Of a DNA stretch of 64,000 bases, positions 21,432 to 35,937 are shown one piece after another (position 1 is the first letter of the stretch; the number at the start of each line of letters is the position of its first letter). The position numbers were made by a program, and so were the translations under genes. The notes under the pieces are model-generated. The model saw only the letters and a list, made by a program, of their open reading frames with translations, made no database searches and was not told the DNA's origin. The DNA comes from Podarcis cretensis (Eukaryota): positions 94,364,001 through 94,428,000 of the forward strand of contig OX638150.1 of NCBI GenBank assembly GCA_951804945.1. Reading direction: 5' to 3'.

Positions 21432-24400
21432 TATTCCATTTTTAAGATACTAAAGTACATTCTTGTGAGTGTTTTTTGTTTACTCTAATGCACATATGGC
21501 CAGCTCCTGAGACCACATGCAGCTCTTGGAAGCCTTCAGTGCAGCCTCCATGGATGGGGGGCGACGACCCCAAATTTCCCTTTGCCAACTGCCTCCCTGA
21601 AAAGATTAGAGTAGTGTGCAGGAATTATCCTCCACATATGCTTTCCTCCCCAGCCTGTCAAACAGGTGTTGAGGGAGAAGGATTGTCATGGGGGAGAGGC
21701 GGAATGTGAGGAGGGGTCATTCTGCATGCCCCCTATTTGATTGGGGGGGGGGAGATAGTGTTTAAGGAGGGGAAGGTTTAACCTCTTCTCCCCAAACACA
21801 TCCTTCCATTGAGTGTGGTATGAAGGGGTGGGAGCGAAATTCAGTTCAGTCCACATTTAAAGGGGCACTTTCTTAAGCCACACTTCCTGAAGAAATATTC
21901 AAACCGAAATGCAGCTGTCCCTTGAAATCCACACTTCTCCAAATATTGCAGTGCAGTTCTCCAGCCAAGTAATGTGTACAAAAATGCAGCAACTAAGATA
22001 AAATGTGTATCACATGCATATATTGGTGAAAGTAACATAAAGATGCCTTATAGAAGGGGAAACTGTTTGCAGAAGTTTATATATTAAGCAAAATTGCGTT
22101 AAAATGTGTACTCTAGGAGAAAGTCACATTAAAAGTACTGATGAATTTTCAAGAGGGTTTAAAAAAAAAGATACCACCAACTGTTGTGGAAATGGGGGGA
22201 ACTCAGATTAACATTGGAAAAATGAGAATCTGAAAGAAATTGACAGATTCATCCATCCCTAGTGGTATGTGAATGAGCCCAGGCCCTACCTACTGCCAGT
22301 TCTAGCCTTGCCCAGCTACTGGCTGTGATCCTGCCTGTGGCTGGGTCTGGTCAACTATCCATCTACATCCATATATAACCATTATCTAGGCCTCATCAAG
22401 TAGACAGAGTAAAGGTGAGTTTGGCAATTAAAAACAACAGTGTAATTCAATTTTGAATGTCATCTGATTGTGCAAATAGAAAACAAGAGTAGCTGCTTTT
22501 GCCCAGTTCCTAACAAAGGAAACTTCAGCTGGTTCAATATGCAGCAGCACAGGTCTTGTTGGGTGCCTTCGCTTCAGAGCATTTGATGTCAATTTTTGCC
22601 ATAGCGACACTGGCTTTCCAGTGTTGCATATTAATCCTAAAGCTCCCAGGATACTACACAGCCCGCCCTCTTTAAAATGCAAAGAAGGGCCCTGTCTGCA
22701 TTTTAATGGTAGTGGACATGTGACTCATTGGGACACTGGATACAGCTTTCTGTATGGCTGCATCCAATATTTGTAATTCCCTTTTGCAGAAAGCTTTGTT
22801 GACCTTGTTGTATTTGTTACAACAGCTATTTGGCCTGGTTTGTTGAGTAGTTTTAATAGATTGATGCCCGCCCTGTGATTTTTGTTTGTTTGTTTTATAT
22901 ACTGCCCCATATGTATTTTGTGTTTTTAAATGGGTTTTACGGGGGGGGGGGGGGGTTATATTTTTGTAAGTCAACATGTGTATTGTGAGTGCAATGCAGA
23001 AACAGGAATGAATTTTCCAAATAAATATGTATAGGTGCTCTTTTCAGCAGGAAGTTTAATCCTAAGGAAATTTCAGTAGCAAATTGGATGCTTTTCCATA
23101 GCATGTCCATGCCAAATGGCTATTATGAACAGTGCATAAGAAGTAGAAAAATATAATGGAAATAAATCACTTTACACTTAATGAAGATATCCAAGCACAA
23201 TAAATATATTTTACAATTAAGGTTACTTTCTTGTCCAACAAGGAATGCCTAAATAATTAAAAACGATCTAAATAATGTAAAGCATGTATTTTTCAGATTA
23301 TATATAATCTATTATTTGAACTCCCACTTTATATATATTTTTCACAATTTTATTCATTAACAATTCATTATGGAAACTAAAATAACTCTCAGGGTGTTGT
23401 ATTTTGCATGTATCTGCCTACAGGTTTAGATCATTATTAACTGAGTGAAGCAGTAGAGTACTTTCCTACATTATACCTTTTAATATATTTTAGCTAAACA
23501 TTCTATTCCAGTTTATGTTAATTGTATAACAGGACTGGCCCTACCACCACCACCTTACAAAAATAAATTCCTGCATTAAGTGGGAAGGTATACATGGGGA
23601 TTGTAAGCATATTGGCCTGTAAATAGGAAGAAAAAATAAATCCCTACCTGTGGCCAGAAACTGAATCCACAGGGTTTCTGATTTCAGGGAAGACTGTAAT
23701 CATGTTCAGTCAAATTCACTTACAATACTTCAGACCTTCCCACTCAATGCAGGAAAGTGAAGGTGGTTTGTACACCTTGTTCCCCTTCCAATTTAAGCAT
23801 TGCTGAATAGGACTAGATTGGAAAACGGAGAAAGTATAGAATTAAAGTCACAGATCTGTAGACTTGGAAGGGACCCCAAGCGTCATCTAGTCCAACTCCC
23901 AGCAATGCAGGAATTTTCATGCCATGCTAAGCTCCCCATGTTGAATTTGTGCCTACTAATTCCTGTTCTGTCATTAAGAATGTGCCCACAGTTAAAAACA
24001 AAAAACCTCAACCTGTCAGCATCGCCCTTAAGCCAGTGCACCAACTGGACTCATGCACTTCAACCCCGACTGAGCTAGGCGAGCTGCGTAGCACTGCCAG
24101 CGACCACCTTTCTCACAGGGACAGGTCACCGTGCTGTGGACTCACAGCTTAGAGCTGAGAGCACCGGATTCACTTGCACAATAATACAGTCGTTGCGCAG
24201 CAGAGTTTTGCAGAGTCTTGCAGAGTATAAACCACTCGGAGAGCAGCTCTGTAGAATATCTTCCTTTTATTCTATAGCTACAACTATGATACAAAACTAT
24301 ATACAGAGCTAAAAGATCTAAACATAAATCAATGCTACACTGAGAGTCTGCAGCTGCTCTTAGCAGCAACCTTATCTCTAGACACAATCTCTAACACTCT

Positions 24401-24602
24401 CTCTCTCTCCGATACACTGACTGACTCACTCGCTGACTGATTCACTCACTGACTAAGTAGAAAGCAGAACATTGCTCCTCCTCTCTGTAGAATCAGCAGG
24501 CTCCTCAGGAGATTCTTGGATATGGGAGGGGTGAAACCAAAACAGAGGGTGTGGGAATATTTTTTAATGTGTGTGTGTATATATGGGGCTTTGATTTCAA
24601 TA

Positions 24603-24828
24603 CAGTGGTACCTCGGGTTACATACGCTTCAGGTTACAGACTCCGCTAACCCAGAAATATTACCTCGGGTTAAGAACTTTGCTTCAGGATGAGAACAGAA
24701 ATCGTGCTCCAGCGGCACAGCGGCAGCAGGAGGCCCCATTAGCTAAAGTGGTGCTTCAGGTTAAGAACAGTTTCAGGTTAAGAATGGACGTCTGGAACAA
24801 ATTAAGTACTTAACCTGAGGTACCACTG
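24603..24828 (+). mobile_element. Tigger-like MITE family A copy 4
   Basis: TA TSD, same TIRs and body. Confidence 0.92.
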
Positions 24829-25954
24829 TATTTCAATTTCTAGGAGACTTAAGAGTCTACTTTGCCAGAAACATGGAACCACAACCTAAATTGGAAAGCT
24901 ATGTATCACATTTGTGGGCACTGCTACATAGTAAATATTTTGTTTCTAGCGCAGAAGTGTGGAATCCGAAGGCTTCCAGGTGTTACTGGACTCCATCAGC
25001 TTCAACCAGCACAGTCAACATTCAGAGAAAAGTTGCATATAAATGTTGTGAAATTAAAAGTAAATAAAAAAAATCTAAAGAATACCTTAGAGAAGCCTTT
25101 CTTTGAAGTTAATAAATTTCACCCTGCAGCATTATACAGGTTTTAAATAAGGGCTCCCCATTCACATACCAGTACCGAAAAGCAAAACCAATTCCCAGGT
25201 TTTAGTTTCATCTCTTCCACAGCACTCTAGTCATTCTCAGCCAGTTAATACAGTTATTTCTGGTTAATGGCCCTCTCAGCAGAGTCAGCCTTCAGGCAGA
25301 ATTATACAATAACCTCTCATTAGACAAGTTATTATTGCTCTGTGTAAAAATCAATAATGCTGAATGATGAATAATGGTTATCAGCAGCTGATGACTTTTC
25401 CTTACTGATAAATAATTAGCGTGTTGTTTCCTGACCTATTTGTCGAGTGCTGCCCATTCTTCACAGTATTCAGCTCAATGAAAACGGAACATTTTTCTTC
25501 AAACAGAAAGAATACAAGGCCAGCAGCTTTACAGATTGCTAGATATCCTTTCCTGAGTAATTGCACCATGATTTGGTTTTTTCCTGTATTGTAAATTCCA
25601 GGCTTTATTTTTGTCTCTGTTGTGGTGACAGATATAACACATCCAATGTGTTTTAGCTGCTGCACTTAGACATCCCTTGCACACCAATCTGTCAGTATCC
25701 CATCTGATGACATATTTAATTACAGGATTAAAGTAATATATATTTGGGATATTTCTTTAGGGTCCTTGATCCTGTTTTTAGAGTGGTGACTTGAAAGGGA
25801 AAGTTGTTTCTGCTAAGCCAAAAGAAGGAGTTGTTTTTGCAATCCTTTTCACTAGCATTTGCCTATTAACACATATTCCCTTACTCTGAATAGAGGTAAT
25901 TTGCTGTCACTGAACTCTCATTGGTTAGGATCTTCCATAAGAGCAGTGCAGGAA

Positions 25955-26156
25955 ACATTCGGTAGTGGCGCCTGCCCTGCGGAACACCCTTCCATCAGAT
26001 GTCAAGGCAATAAACAACTACCTTACTTTTAAAAGACATCTGAAGGCAGCCCTATTTAGGGAAGTTTTAAATGTTTAATGCTGTATTGTGTTTTTAATAT
26101 TCGGTTGGGAGTCGCCCAGAGTGGCTGGGGAAGCCAAATGGGCAGGGTATAATATA

Positions 26157-26200
<44 letters not shown>
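25955..26200 (+). mobile_element. L2-like LINE 3' end with (TAT)n tail
   Basis: CCCTGCGGAACACCCTTCCATCAGATGTCAAG...GTCGCCCAGAGTGGCTGGGGAAGCC...; same family as 63230-63625. Confidence 0.8.
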
Positions 26201-26201
<1 letters not shown>

Positions 26202-27129
26202 TCCGACTCTAAATCAGTTTCGTTTCCCCCTCATGTGACGCCAGCATGTAACAAAACTTTTCAAGTTACAAAACACTACATCATTCCCGATTAGCTGGCA
26301 TTAATCTAAGTAGGGGAGCCTTATTCAGGAAAAAATGGTATAGAAGGAGGTAGAAGAAACATCAACAAAGAGCTTTGACAAAGGTGAACATCCACGTTTC
26401 ACTTTTTAAAGGGAACCTTTGTCACATCATTTCTGCACAGAACTCCTGACAAATATTCAGACCAGGTTTGTTTGTTCCATGGCACTTCTAAGGTTTTGTA
26501 CTATATTTGGCTTTATGGCCATCATAATTTTGAAAGTGGGGGTAGAGAAATCATGAATATTGCATGTCTGGATGATTGTGAGTCAATGAGGAGGTCCTAG
26601 ATCACTTGTTCTTTGAAGGGAATAAGGGAGCACCCAATTACTTCTCCACAAAGCACAGCTGGTTGTGACATTCAAGTTCACAAGTTTATTGTTCCTCGCT
26701 AAAGGTCTTCACTAATCTGCAGCAACAGTTTCAACAAAACAACACAGAACATACACCCACAATACAAGCCAAAGCCCATGATGCAAGAGGGGGAAGACAC
26801 CGGAGACACCAACAAGCTCAAATGCAGCTTAATTTCAGATGAAAAGATTATTGGTGCTGTTTTTGTTGTTTAAATTTCTATGCTATCCTTCATCCAAAGA
26901 TCACACAGCAGTTTACAATATAATAAGGAAGTAATTAGAGATAAAGATTTTTTTGTTGACATGCACTAATAAAAATAACACAAAGGAACCAGGGGAGGGA
27001 CGGGAGGGAAGTCAGGGGATTCGCTGAATCCCAAGATATGGATTAATACTAAGCGTGAATATAGATGTTTTAATTGTTAAAAAAACAATATAATAACACA
27101 AAAGTACATATCGTAATAAAAAACAAAGT

Positions 27130-27860
27130 CTCTCTGGGGAGAGCATTCCACAAGTGGGGAACCACTGCAGAAAAGGCCCATTCTCGTGTTGCCACCCTCC
27201 AGATCTCTTGTGGGGGAGTCACATGAAGAAGGACCTCAGATGATGATTGCAGGGTCCAGGTTGGTTGATATGGGAAGAGGTGATCCTTGAGGTATTACAG
27301 TCCTGAATTGTTTCATAGATCAAAACAAGCATTGAATTGGGCCCAGAAACTAATTGGCAACCAGTGTAGTTGGGGCAGGATTGGCATTATATGCCCAAAC
27401 CATCTTGCCCCTGTAAGAAACCTGGTTGCTGAATTCTGCATCAGCAGAACTTTCCAAACCGTCTTCAAATATAGCCCTACATATAATGCATTGCAGTAAT
27501 CTAACCTAAAGGTTACCAGAGCATAGACAACAGAAGTTAAGCTATCCCTTTCTAGATAGGGGTGGAGCTGGGCCACTAGCTGAAGCTGATAGAAGGCAGC
27601 TTCTCTCTGCACCACCCAGGTCACCTGGATCCTCAAGCGACAGCCATCATGCTGCATGCCCAATCAATAGCAGGCAACCTCCCATCCATCTGGTCTAGGA
27701 AACTATCCACTAACAGTGCCTCAGTTTTATATGGATTCAGTCCACTGCTGACAGCGGTCCAGCACATCCACTACAAAACCTGCAGATGTAAAGAAGTAGA
27801 GCTGTGTGTCATCGGTATATTGCTGGCAATGTACTCCAAAATTCCGGATAATCCCATTCA
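27130..27860 (-). mobile_element. Degraded L2 LINE, ORF2 C-terminal region
   Basis: ORF 27313-27663 contains RLDYCNALYVGL and HI.PIL.QLHWLP, typical of L2-clade ORF2. Confidence 0.85.
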
Positions 27861-29902
27861 GCAGTATTGGAAGTTTACCTTCCCTTCCACCTCACCTCAT
27901 TTCCAAATTCTAGTCCCCACTGCTCACAGTGAACATGGCTTGGACCAAGGACCAATGAATTACAACTGAATTACTAAATCAACTTACATTGATTTTATCT
28001 AACTTCCTTTCCCCTGATTCTTGGCAGCCAGTTCATAAAGGGCCACTTGCTGTGTTATGATGCTGTTAGTGTCTCTCAAATGAAACCAAACCATTTCTAC
28101 TGGGATTTGTAATGTACAAAGGAAGATTTCATAGTTTACATTTTCTACTCCAATTTATCTTCTTTATACAATGATAGATATAGTTACATATAGGACCACT
28201 TTTATCTTTTGAGTTACAAACTCTTTTTTCCATTTCTCTTCTATATATGTGCTCTATCAGAATACACACTATATAACAATATCCTGAAGAAACAACAGTT
28301 TATAGTCCAGTTCCCTGAAAGCTTGGAAATCATTCTTCCACATAATCTATGATTTTCCTTCTTCTCCCCATCCTGGTTAGTTCAAATGTAAAACAATGGA
28401 GATGTTGATCTCTAACTTTGTATATTAATTTGCTTTACTGAATTTATAAAGAGAGTTCAGTGAAGATAACAGAGTCGTACAAGACAGTTTTTCAGAAAGT
28501 TATAGTGATTTGTTACACAGTTTGATGATTTTGACATGATTGATTTTGTTCTTGGTCAGTTAATTATATAGCTATAAATTAGTGGATTACTTTATCCTGG
28601 GAGATGCTTGCAGAAATTAGGTCACTGTCATATATCATTATAATATCTTTTCCTAACACATCTGATCTCTGCATCCATTTTTACTTTACAGCATTTCTCC
28701 CCCAGTTAACATATATTCTCAATAATTACCATGATACAGTGAATACAAGTTGAGCTGACAAGGTCTTATAAAGCATGAGGAATTGCTCTCCATTTTTCTC
28801 ATCCTAATTATCTTCATTTAAAAAGCCCATAATAGGATTGCGCTTTGTTTTGTTTTTACACATACCAATATAGTATTTAAGAAAAGTACGAAGTGACCAT
28901 TGAAAGTTCAAGTGTACATTAATATAAGGAGACTTTCTCTATGGCCAGCAGATAAAGGCATAAATCATTGCTGTGCTCCGAGGTACTGCGGGATACCATA
29001 GAAAGTTATCGGTAGTTCCTAAATCCTAACTAAGCACAGATATTACTCAACCACTATTAATCAATGTCTGCAATATGCAGAAAGAGGGAGCTTCTGAGTG
29101 TGCTCTACCTTAGTTCTAACCAAATGATGATGAAAGCCAACAGGCCTGACTCGTGCCCTGAGCATGGGCCATAAAATCCTCAGATTCCTTTAAAACCTAC
29201 AAGGACATCCATATCAGAAAATTAGGGGATCCATGGCGGAGAAGTTGGAGTGCAGAGGTCATTCAATTACCTTCCCATAATTATTATGGCTAGAAGTCCC
29301 AGTCTTCCTCCAAAGCTTGTAGCAGAGAGATAATTCTAGTGGTTTATCCGTTCTTTGAACGTATGTTTTTTGAGTACATGGAAGTATGACAAAGCTGTGG
29401 AAACAATCCCGTCCCCCGTCCCCCATCTGAAAGCTCAGAAAAGGTCCTGTGTCTCATCATGTTCACAAGAAAACAGAGCAAAGTTCCATATACCTGCCTG
29501 GTATGATACCTGAGCACTTGCCAGAATGGAAAGGTGGGCTTGCTATGCAAGGAAACAGGCGGCATAATATATGTTGCTAGACTACAACTCCCATCACCTC
29601 TGATCACTGACTATGCTGACTTGGGTGGAAGTCAAAAACATGTGGAGAGCCACATACTCACCATCTCTGTCCCATGACCATGCCTGTACCTGTAAATTGC
29701 TGGATGAAATTGCTGCTGTGTGAAGAATTATTCACATATACTGTTACTCTGGAATTAGCACTTAGGCAGGGGGTAAAGTATAGGAACTATCAATAAACAC
29801 TGCCCTGAATTCTACAGCTCAGTATCCATGTCCTGGAGTTGTTTTTTTTAATGAAGCTGTAGTTCCAAACATAGTCAAAAAGTTGCTTGGTTCATGAGAC
29901 AA

Positions 29903-30088
29903 TCAAGAGCTGTTCGACAGTGGAATTTGCTGCCAAGGAGTGTGGTGGAGTCTCCTTCTTTGGAGGTCTTTAAGCAGAGGCTTGACAACCATATGTCAGG
30001 AGTGCTCTGATGGTGTTTCCTGCTTGGCAGGGGGTTGGACTCGATGGCCCTTGTGGTCTCTTCCAACTCTATGATTCTATGATTCTAA
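29903..30088 (+). mobile_element. CR1 LINE 3' end
   Basis: GGGGGTTGGACTCGATGGCC...TTCCAACTCTATGATTCTATGATTCTA octamer tail. Confidence 0.9.
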
Positions 30089-31932
30089 GTGGAAATCTGG
30101 CCTTTGTGCAAGTTTTCCAAGTTGTAAACTGCAAAGAAGAGGCTCTGTGATTGCCACCTACATGATAATGAGAATTTAAAGTGTCGTCCTTGATTAAACA
30201 CCACATCTAGGTCCTAACTTCATATTATGGAAATGACCTGATTAGCAGTCATGTTGTTTGTCCTTTATGGGGGGGGGGGCATTTGCATTGCAGTCACACA
30301 GAGCAGAGGTTAAGCCTTCCCTCTCCAGCTTAGATATCAGTAAAAACTGCTTACACAGAAGCACTTAGCATCAGGGGAAAAACACTCCCCACTTTGCTAA
30401 TTGCCACATGGGCAAGGGTTTTTTACCACAATTTCAGCTGGGGAAGGAAAATTGAAGCCTCCAGTTCACACACTACAGCGCCAATGCCCAAACATTTCAC
30501 TTTATTTTCAAAACATAATGGACCAGATTCAGCATTCTCTGGCCATCATTGTAAGTGCTGTTGCACTACCAGGAATAATGGCTGCGCAATATGAAATCCA
30601 GTGCAACAGTTGTGCTAAGGGAAGCTTGTTGTATAACTGGCTGTAAAACTGCTTCTGCAATAGGAAGTAATGGTGCTACAGCACTCTGCTGTGTAACCAG
30701 CCACGAGAGCCGGGTTGGCTTTCTGCGTCTTCTTTTGTGCAAGTCACTTTGCTAGCACAAGTAGTACAGCACTAAGAGACTTTAACTTAGCAAGATACTG
30801 AATTCCTCCCAATGAAATGAAAGGGATGCAGTTTACTACCATTGCCTTCAAATGGCAGAATCTTAGAAAAGACATTAACAGCTGTTCTAAAATCTAATTA
30901 AATTTTAGAGTGCTAGTAATACAGCCATAAGGCTTGCATAAGCCATTATCTACATTAATAAAAATTAAAGTCAAAAATTAAAGTCAAACAATATCTGCAC
31001 AATAGTAATGTACCTGGATTCAAGGTCACTTTAATTCCCTGATTATGTTATTCTTGTTTATAGTTGCCATAAAAATTATTGATTATTTAATCAAGTTTTC
31101 AGATGCATGTTCATTTGTTTTAACTTTGTTCTCCAAATGCACATTATTGAGACAGAAATTATGAAGATAATTATTTCTTTGCTTTATTTCTTTGCCATTA
31201 CAAACAGAGTATGAATTTTATGAAAATCTGCAGAGATGCTTGGAAAAGAAAAGTGTAGGGGGGAAAGAAAAGAAGAGATTTAAGATGTATTTCTCTCTAA
31301 AGCATGAAGATGTACAGAACAAGCATCACCAGTTAGGTGAGAATATAAACATAGGGGATGAAGCAGTCAGTATCCCTGCACAGCTCTGTAGAATATATAC
31401 AACACCATGTGAAAGATGTGCTCTCTCTGTGTGTTAATAGCCTCATGGAGGGTTCAGGTAAGTAGGTGTGGTGAAATAACTCTATCTGATACCTTGGAGG
31501 CCCACTGCCACTTACAGTAGTTAATAACGGCCTAGATGAACTATTATGATTGCTGTTCCAATAATTTAAAAAGGTTGGATTATGTGAGTCCTAAAAAAAG
31601 AAAAGGAAGAAACATAGGGGGGAAGTGCAGGAGAATGACTTTATTGTGGCATCCCCATAACAGATACTCCATTAAAAAAAAACAAGTGACTTGAGAGTGG
31701 CATGTTATTTGAAAATACCCGGGGGTTGGGGGTCTGGTTTTTGGAAAAGAAAAGTCTCGACTTTTACTGAGTAGTTTCATTTTAGATTATTTTTTATATC
31801 CCATTTTCCTACTAAATTAATACCAAAAGTGGTATTAAGTAGATAAATACTACCCCAAAATCCCAGACGGAATGAGCTGCATTTGATTTGTTAGCACACA
31901 TTTGCAGGAACTTCCATTATTCCAAAAACTAC

Positions 31933-32063
31933 TAGCTGATGAAAATAGTTAAGAGTTGCTGTTTTAATTTTCCCTGAGTTCCTGAAACAATGTGAATAGC
32001 TGATGAAAATAGTTAAGAGTTGCTGTTTTAATTTTCCCTGAGTTCCTGAAACAATGTGAATAG
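31933..32063. repeat. Perfect 64-bp tandem duplication
   Basis: 31933-31996 equals 31997-32060; TAG microhomology at the junction. Confidence 0.95.
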
Positions 32064-32365
32064 GCACTTTTCAAAGCTTTATTAGATTTTGGAGTGTAGC
32101 CAAAATATTAGAGTGGTGGTGGGAAGTTCAGGTGTCAATCGGCTGACAGGGGGAAGATTTTGAGGTATCAGGAATGGTGATTTAGTACGCCTACACTGAG
32201 ACAGTAAGTCATGCAGGGTTTGCAACAATCCTCATGCCAATCCGAATAGCTGTTCAGGGACCAACAAGATCAGTCTAGGTCAGCAATATTCAAAACAACG
32301 ACCCTTCTAATAAATCACCCTCCTAGTTGGTACCTCTCACATAGTGGACGGTTCTCTTTAACATG

Positions 32366-32630
32366 CAGGGGTGTCCAAGCTTTTTTCAAAGAGGGCCAGA
32401 TTTGATGAAGTGAACATGCATGAGGGCCGACCGAAGTTGTTGACTTTTCTTTAGGGTTGAAGTTGTTAAGCTTTTTTTTTTTAGCATTTTAGCATTTTAG
32501 CCCAAAGTTGTTTACCTTTTTTTAGGATTCAGGTTGTTGGCCTTCTTTTCGGATTCTACCCTGGGAAATAAACTGCCACAGGGGCCAGATTAAGCCGAGC
32601 GGCCCCCGGGCTGGACTTTGGACATGTCTG
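32366..32630. mobile_element. hAT-Charlie-like MITE
   Basis: CAGGGGTGTCCAAGC...ACTTTGGACATGTCTG imperfect TIRs; internal AAGTTGTT repeats; TSD not clear. Confidence 0.65.
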
Positions 32631-35124
32631 CATTACAGCTATTTAACATTCCTCTCCACAAAGAATCCTAGAAACTTTTATTTGTTAAGGGTGCTGGAAA
32701 CTGTAGTTCTGTGAAGGGTGAATTAGAGTTCCCAGGATTCTTTTTTGGGGGGTGGGATGTGCTTTTAATGTAGGGTGTGTATGCAGTTACAGTAAAGGCA
32801 TAAAATGACTTGAAGGATGGCATAGGCTACCATGCTTTCTTGTTTAAGCCCTGTGATGTCACTCTTAGTATTCCACTTTTAAGCTACTATGTGTTGGATC
32901 TAGAGTGTTCCTTTTGTGAGTAGAAGTGCTCATTTTGCCTTTGTGGAAAGGACTGTGACCCAAAGGGTGCTTCAACTGGAGGAAGGCAGGGAGGCAGCTT
33001 TCACTAATCTCTCCCTTCATCCCGTTGACCCCACTGTGAGCCCTCCTAAGCAATGCTGCAAGGGAACTATGATATCATCAAACACCATATTTCTCCTTCC
33101 ACTAGCAGGAACATCCTGTGAGTAGAGTTCTTACAGGAACTTTGGGTCTAAGCTACTGTCTTTAGCCGCATGCTCCTTTTCCTTCAAAGCAAATAGTGGG
33201 TGATATCCAGTTGTGTTCTCTCTGCTTATTGAAGGCATCTATCAGCACAATAAGGACAGAGACAATTTTCAGTGATGCTTTTTCCACCCTGCAGCTTTGT
33301 GTGCCCCCACTCTGTGTGCTTTATAGTCTCCAAACCCTTCAGAGCAGATTTATTCCAAGAGATGCCTTCAAATCAGTGGAGGTAACACTATGAACACCAC
33401 CCTACACTACAGTAATGTGCTACAAGAAGATCCTTATAACATAACTCACTTGTTTCTGATGGTCTCAAATTGAGTCTATATGCTGTAAGTCTGGTTCTTG
33501 CTATTTGAAAATAATCTTCCAAAGTCTTCCCAAAGTGCAGTGCAGTAAAGTACTCCAACGCCCACTTTACAGTACAGGGATGAAGAACCTGTGGCTCTCC
33601 AGATGAAACCCAATTCCAATTCCTGCCATCGCCAGCCATCATGAACAATGGTCAGAAATGACAGGACTTAGTCCAACAAAATCTGGAAGGTCAGAGTTTG
33701 CGCACCCTTGCTGCAATGGTTCTTCCACATGAAGTACGTATCTTAACTAACCACATCCAAATTGCTTATCCTGTAAAAACCCAACTTTAAGAGAGGTATG
33801 TACATAAGCAATTGTAGAGATAGCTGGGAATGCTTGGTTTAAACGATGTGTGCAAAAGAAACCACTATCTATAAACTACTGTCTAGTCACTCAATTCCAG
33901 TTAATTTCTTCTAGCTTTTTCTAACTCTTTACCACTCCTTGTTTAGCTCATTTTTTACACATGAAAGAAGTGCCAATTGGCTGCTGGCTTGAAGAGAAAA
34001 CAGATTCCACATACAGGAGGACCGTGCATATGGTGTTAAATGTAGAATTATGTCTTTCTAGGTCTTTCTAGGATACACACATTTTTTTCTCATCAAATTA
34101 ACTTATAAAAATATGGAGAAGAAAATGCATACTTCAGGTGGCATAAGGATCATATTCTGCTTGAAAATGCATGTACTAATAGGAGCTAACAGCGGTTTAG
34201 AGGAGAAAGTGGAATGAGAGAAATAAAAATTTAACCACTGCAAAATCCAACTAATAGCAAAACACGCTACTGTATTCAAAAATATGTGCAAAACCTACAA
34301 TTTGGAAAATATTTTGACAGATTCTCTTACTCTGCCAGGGAAATATGGTATCATCAAAAACCATCTTTCTCCTTCCATCAGCAGGAACATCTGTGAGTAG
34401 AGTCAATTTTCAGTATTGTGTACTGTATCTAGAACTTTCAAAATGAGTCCCACTAGTAGATTTATCTAATTTCTTTTTCTCTTATTTAAAACGACTGCTT
34501 CAAGAGCTTCACCCAAGACTTAAATGAATGGATGAATCACCATGAAAGAAGATAGTCTTAAGGTACTATTAAGAGGGCAGCCACACTGCTGCAGCCAATG
34601 AAGGGAAGACAACCAAAGAGAAGAGGACGGATGACCATGGATGTGTAAAATGGGATGGGATGTAAAATGGGAGTCCATGAAGCATGAATAGATCACAAGA
34701 AGCATTTGGTTTTGGATGACAAATTGTACTGCAATACCCTTTTTTCTCTGCCTTCAGGATGGATAGCTGGTAATGGAGCAAAGTATATCAATTACTCTGG
34801 GAAAATAGGTAGCACAAAATGCCTTTTGCTTCTCTTGCTAGTGCACAGAATAGCATTTTCAGTTCTAGATTGTGTCAATTAGCCAAACAGGATGTGTTTG
34901 TTAAAAGAAAATGTTTGTCTCACACAGTGACCATTTTAGGATTTCTTCTCTCACTCGCTACAGGATTGAGGTTGGGATGACTTCTCACAAGCAACACACC
35001 CCAACAAGAAAACTTTACCACAGGAACTGAGAACTTTTTCATCTCAAGAAGAATTTTATGTGATTACAGTTCTACCTCCCCTTTTAAAATCTGTCCACAA
35101 GAAACCTTTGAAAATGATTCTATA

Positions 35125-35161
<37 letters not shown>

Positions 35162-35430
35162 TTGTTAGTTATTGAATTATTCTCCTGTCCTCCCCCCCCC
35201 CCCCCGAGATGCCCAGGGCAGCAAAATATCTACAAGCAGTTACAGCTAAAAACATTATTCCATCCAATTATTTCTGGGTTGCCAGGAACCATATTCTGCA
35301 GACACCAAATGGCTGGGTAAATAGGAATGCTTTCAATTTCCTCCTGAAAATTAATAATAATAGAGCCAAGCACTGAAAGAACCCTGTGTCAATTGCCAAT
35401 AGTCAATAGTCAGGTCAGAGGTGGTTGGTA

Positions 35431-35656
35431 CAGTGGTACCTCGGGTTACATACGCTTCAGGTTACAGACTCCGCTAACCCAGAAATAGTACCTCGGGTTA
35501 AGAACTTTGCTTCAGGATGAGAACAGAAATCATGCTCTGGCGGCGCGGTGGCAGCGGGAGGCCCCATTATCTAAAGTGGTGCTTCAGGTTAAGAACAGTT
35601 TCAGGTTAAGAACGGACCTCCAGAACGAATTAAGTACTTAACCTGAGGTACCACTG
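35431..35656 (+). mobile_element. Tigger-like MITE family A copy 5
   Basis: Same TIRs and body. Confidence 0.92.
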
Positions 35657-35937
35657 TTTTGGGGAAGGCACTCTTTAGCATGAAGAAGATTATGAAGGCA
35701 TCTTAGTACTGAGACAGATAATGTTTACCACATCAGGGGAAAGACTTGTGAGCTTCCTAATATGGTACATTTTCAGATGTACACCAATGATTTTTATAAT
35801 GCTCATTAATCTCCCTGTATAGTGGAAATTCCATACATTGCTAAAAGGAAGATCTATTGTATTAAGGCAATTCACTTTTGCTTTTCCACTGAGCAAACAT
35901 TTCAAAAGCACCTGCTCATAACATGACGGAACATCAT

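Noticed and set aside
31441-31457. Plus-strand 17-nt microexon (TAG...CAG|GTAAGT)
   Set aside because: Not a multiple of 3, isolated, and such motifs arise by chance in 64 kb.
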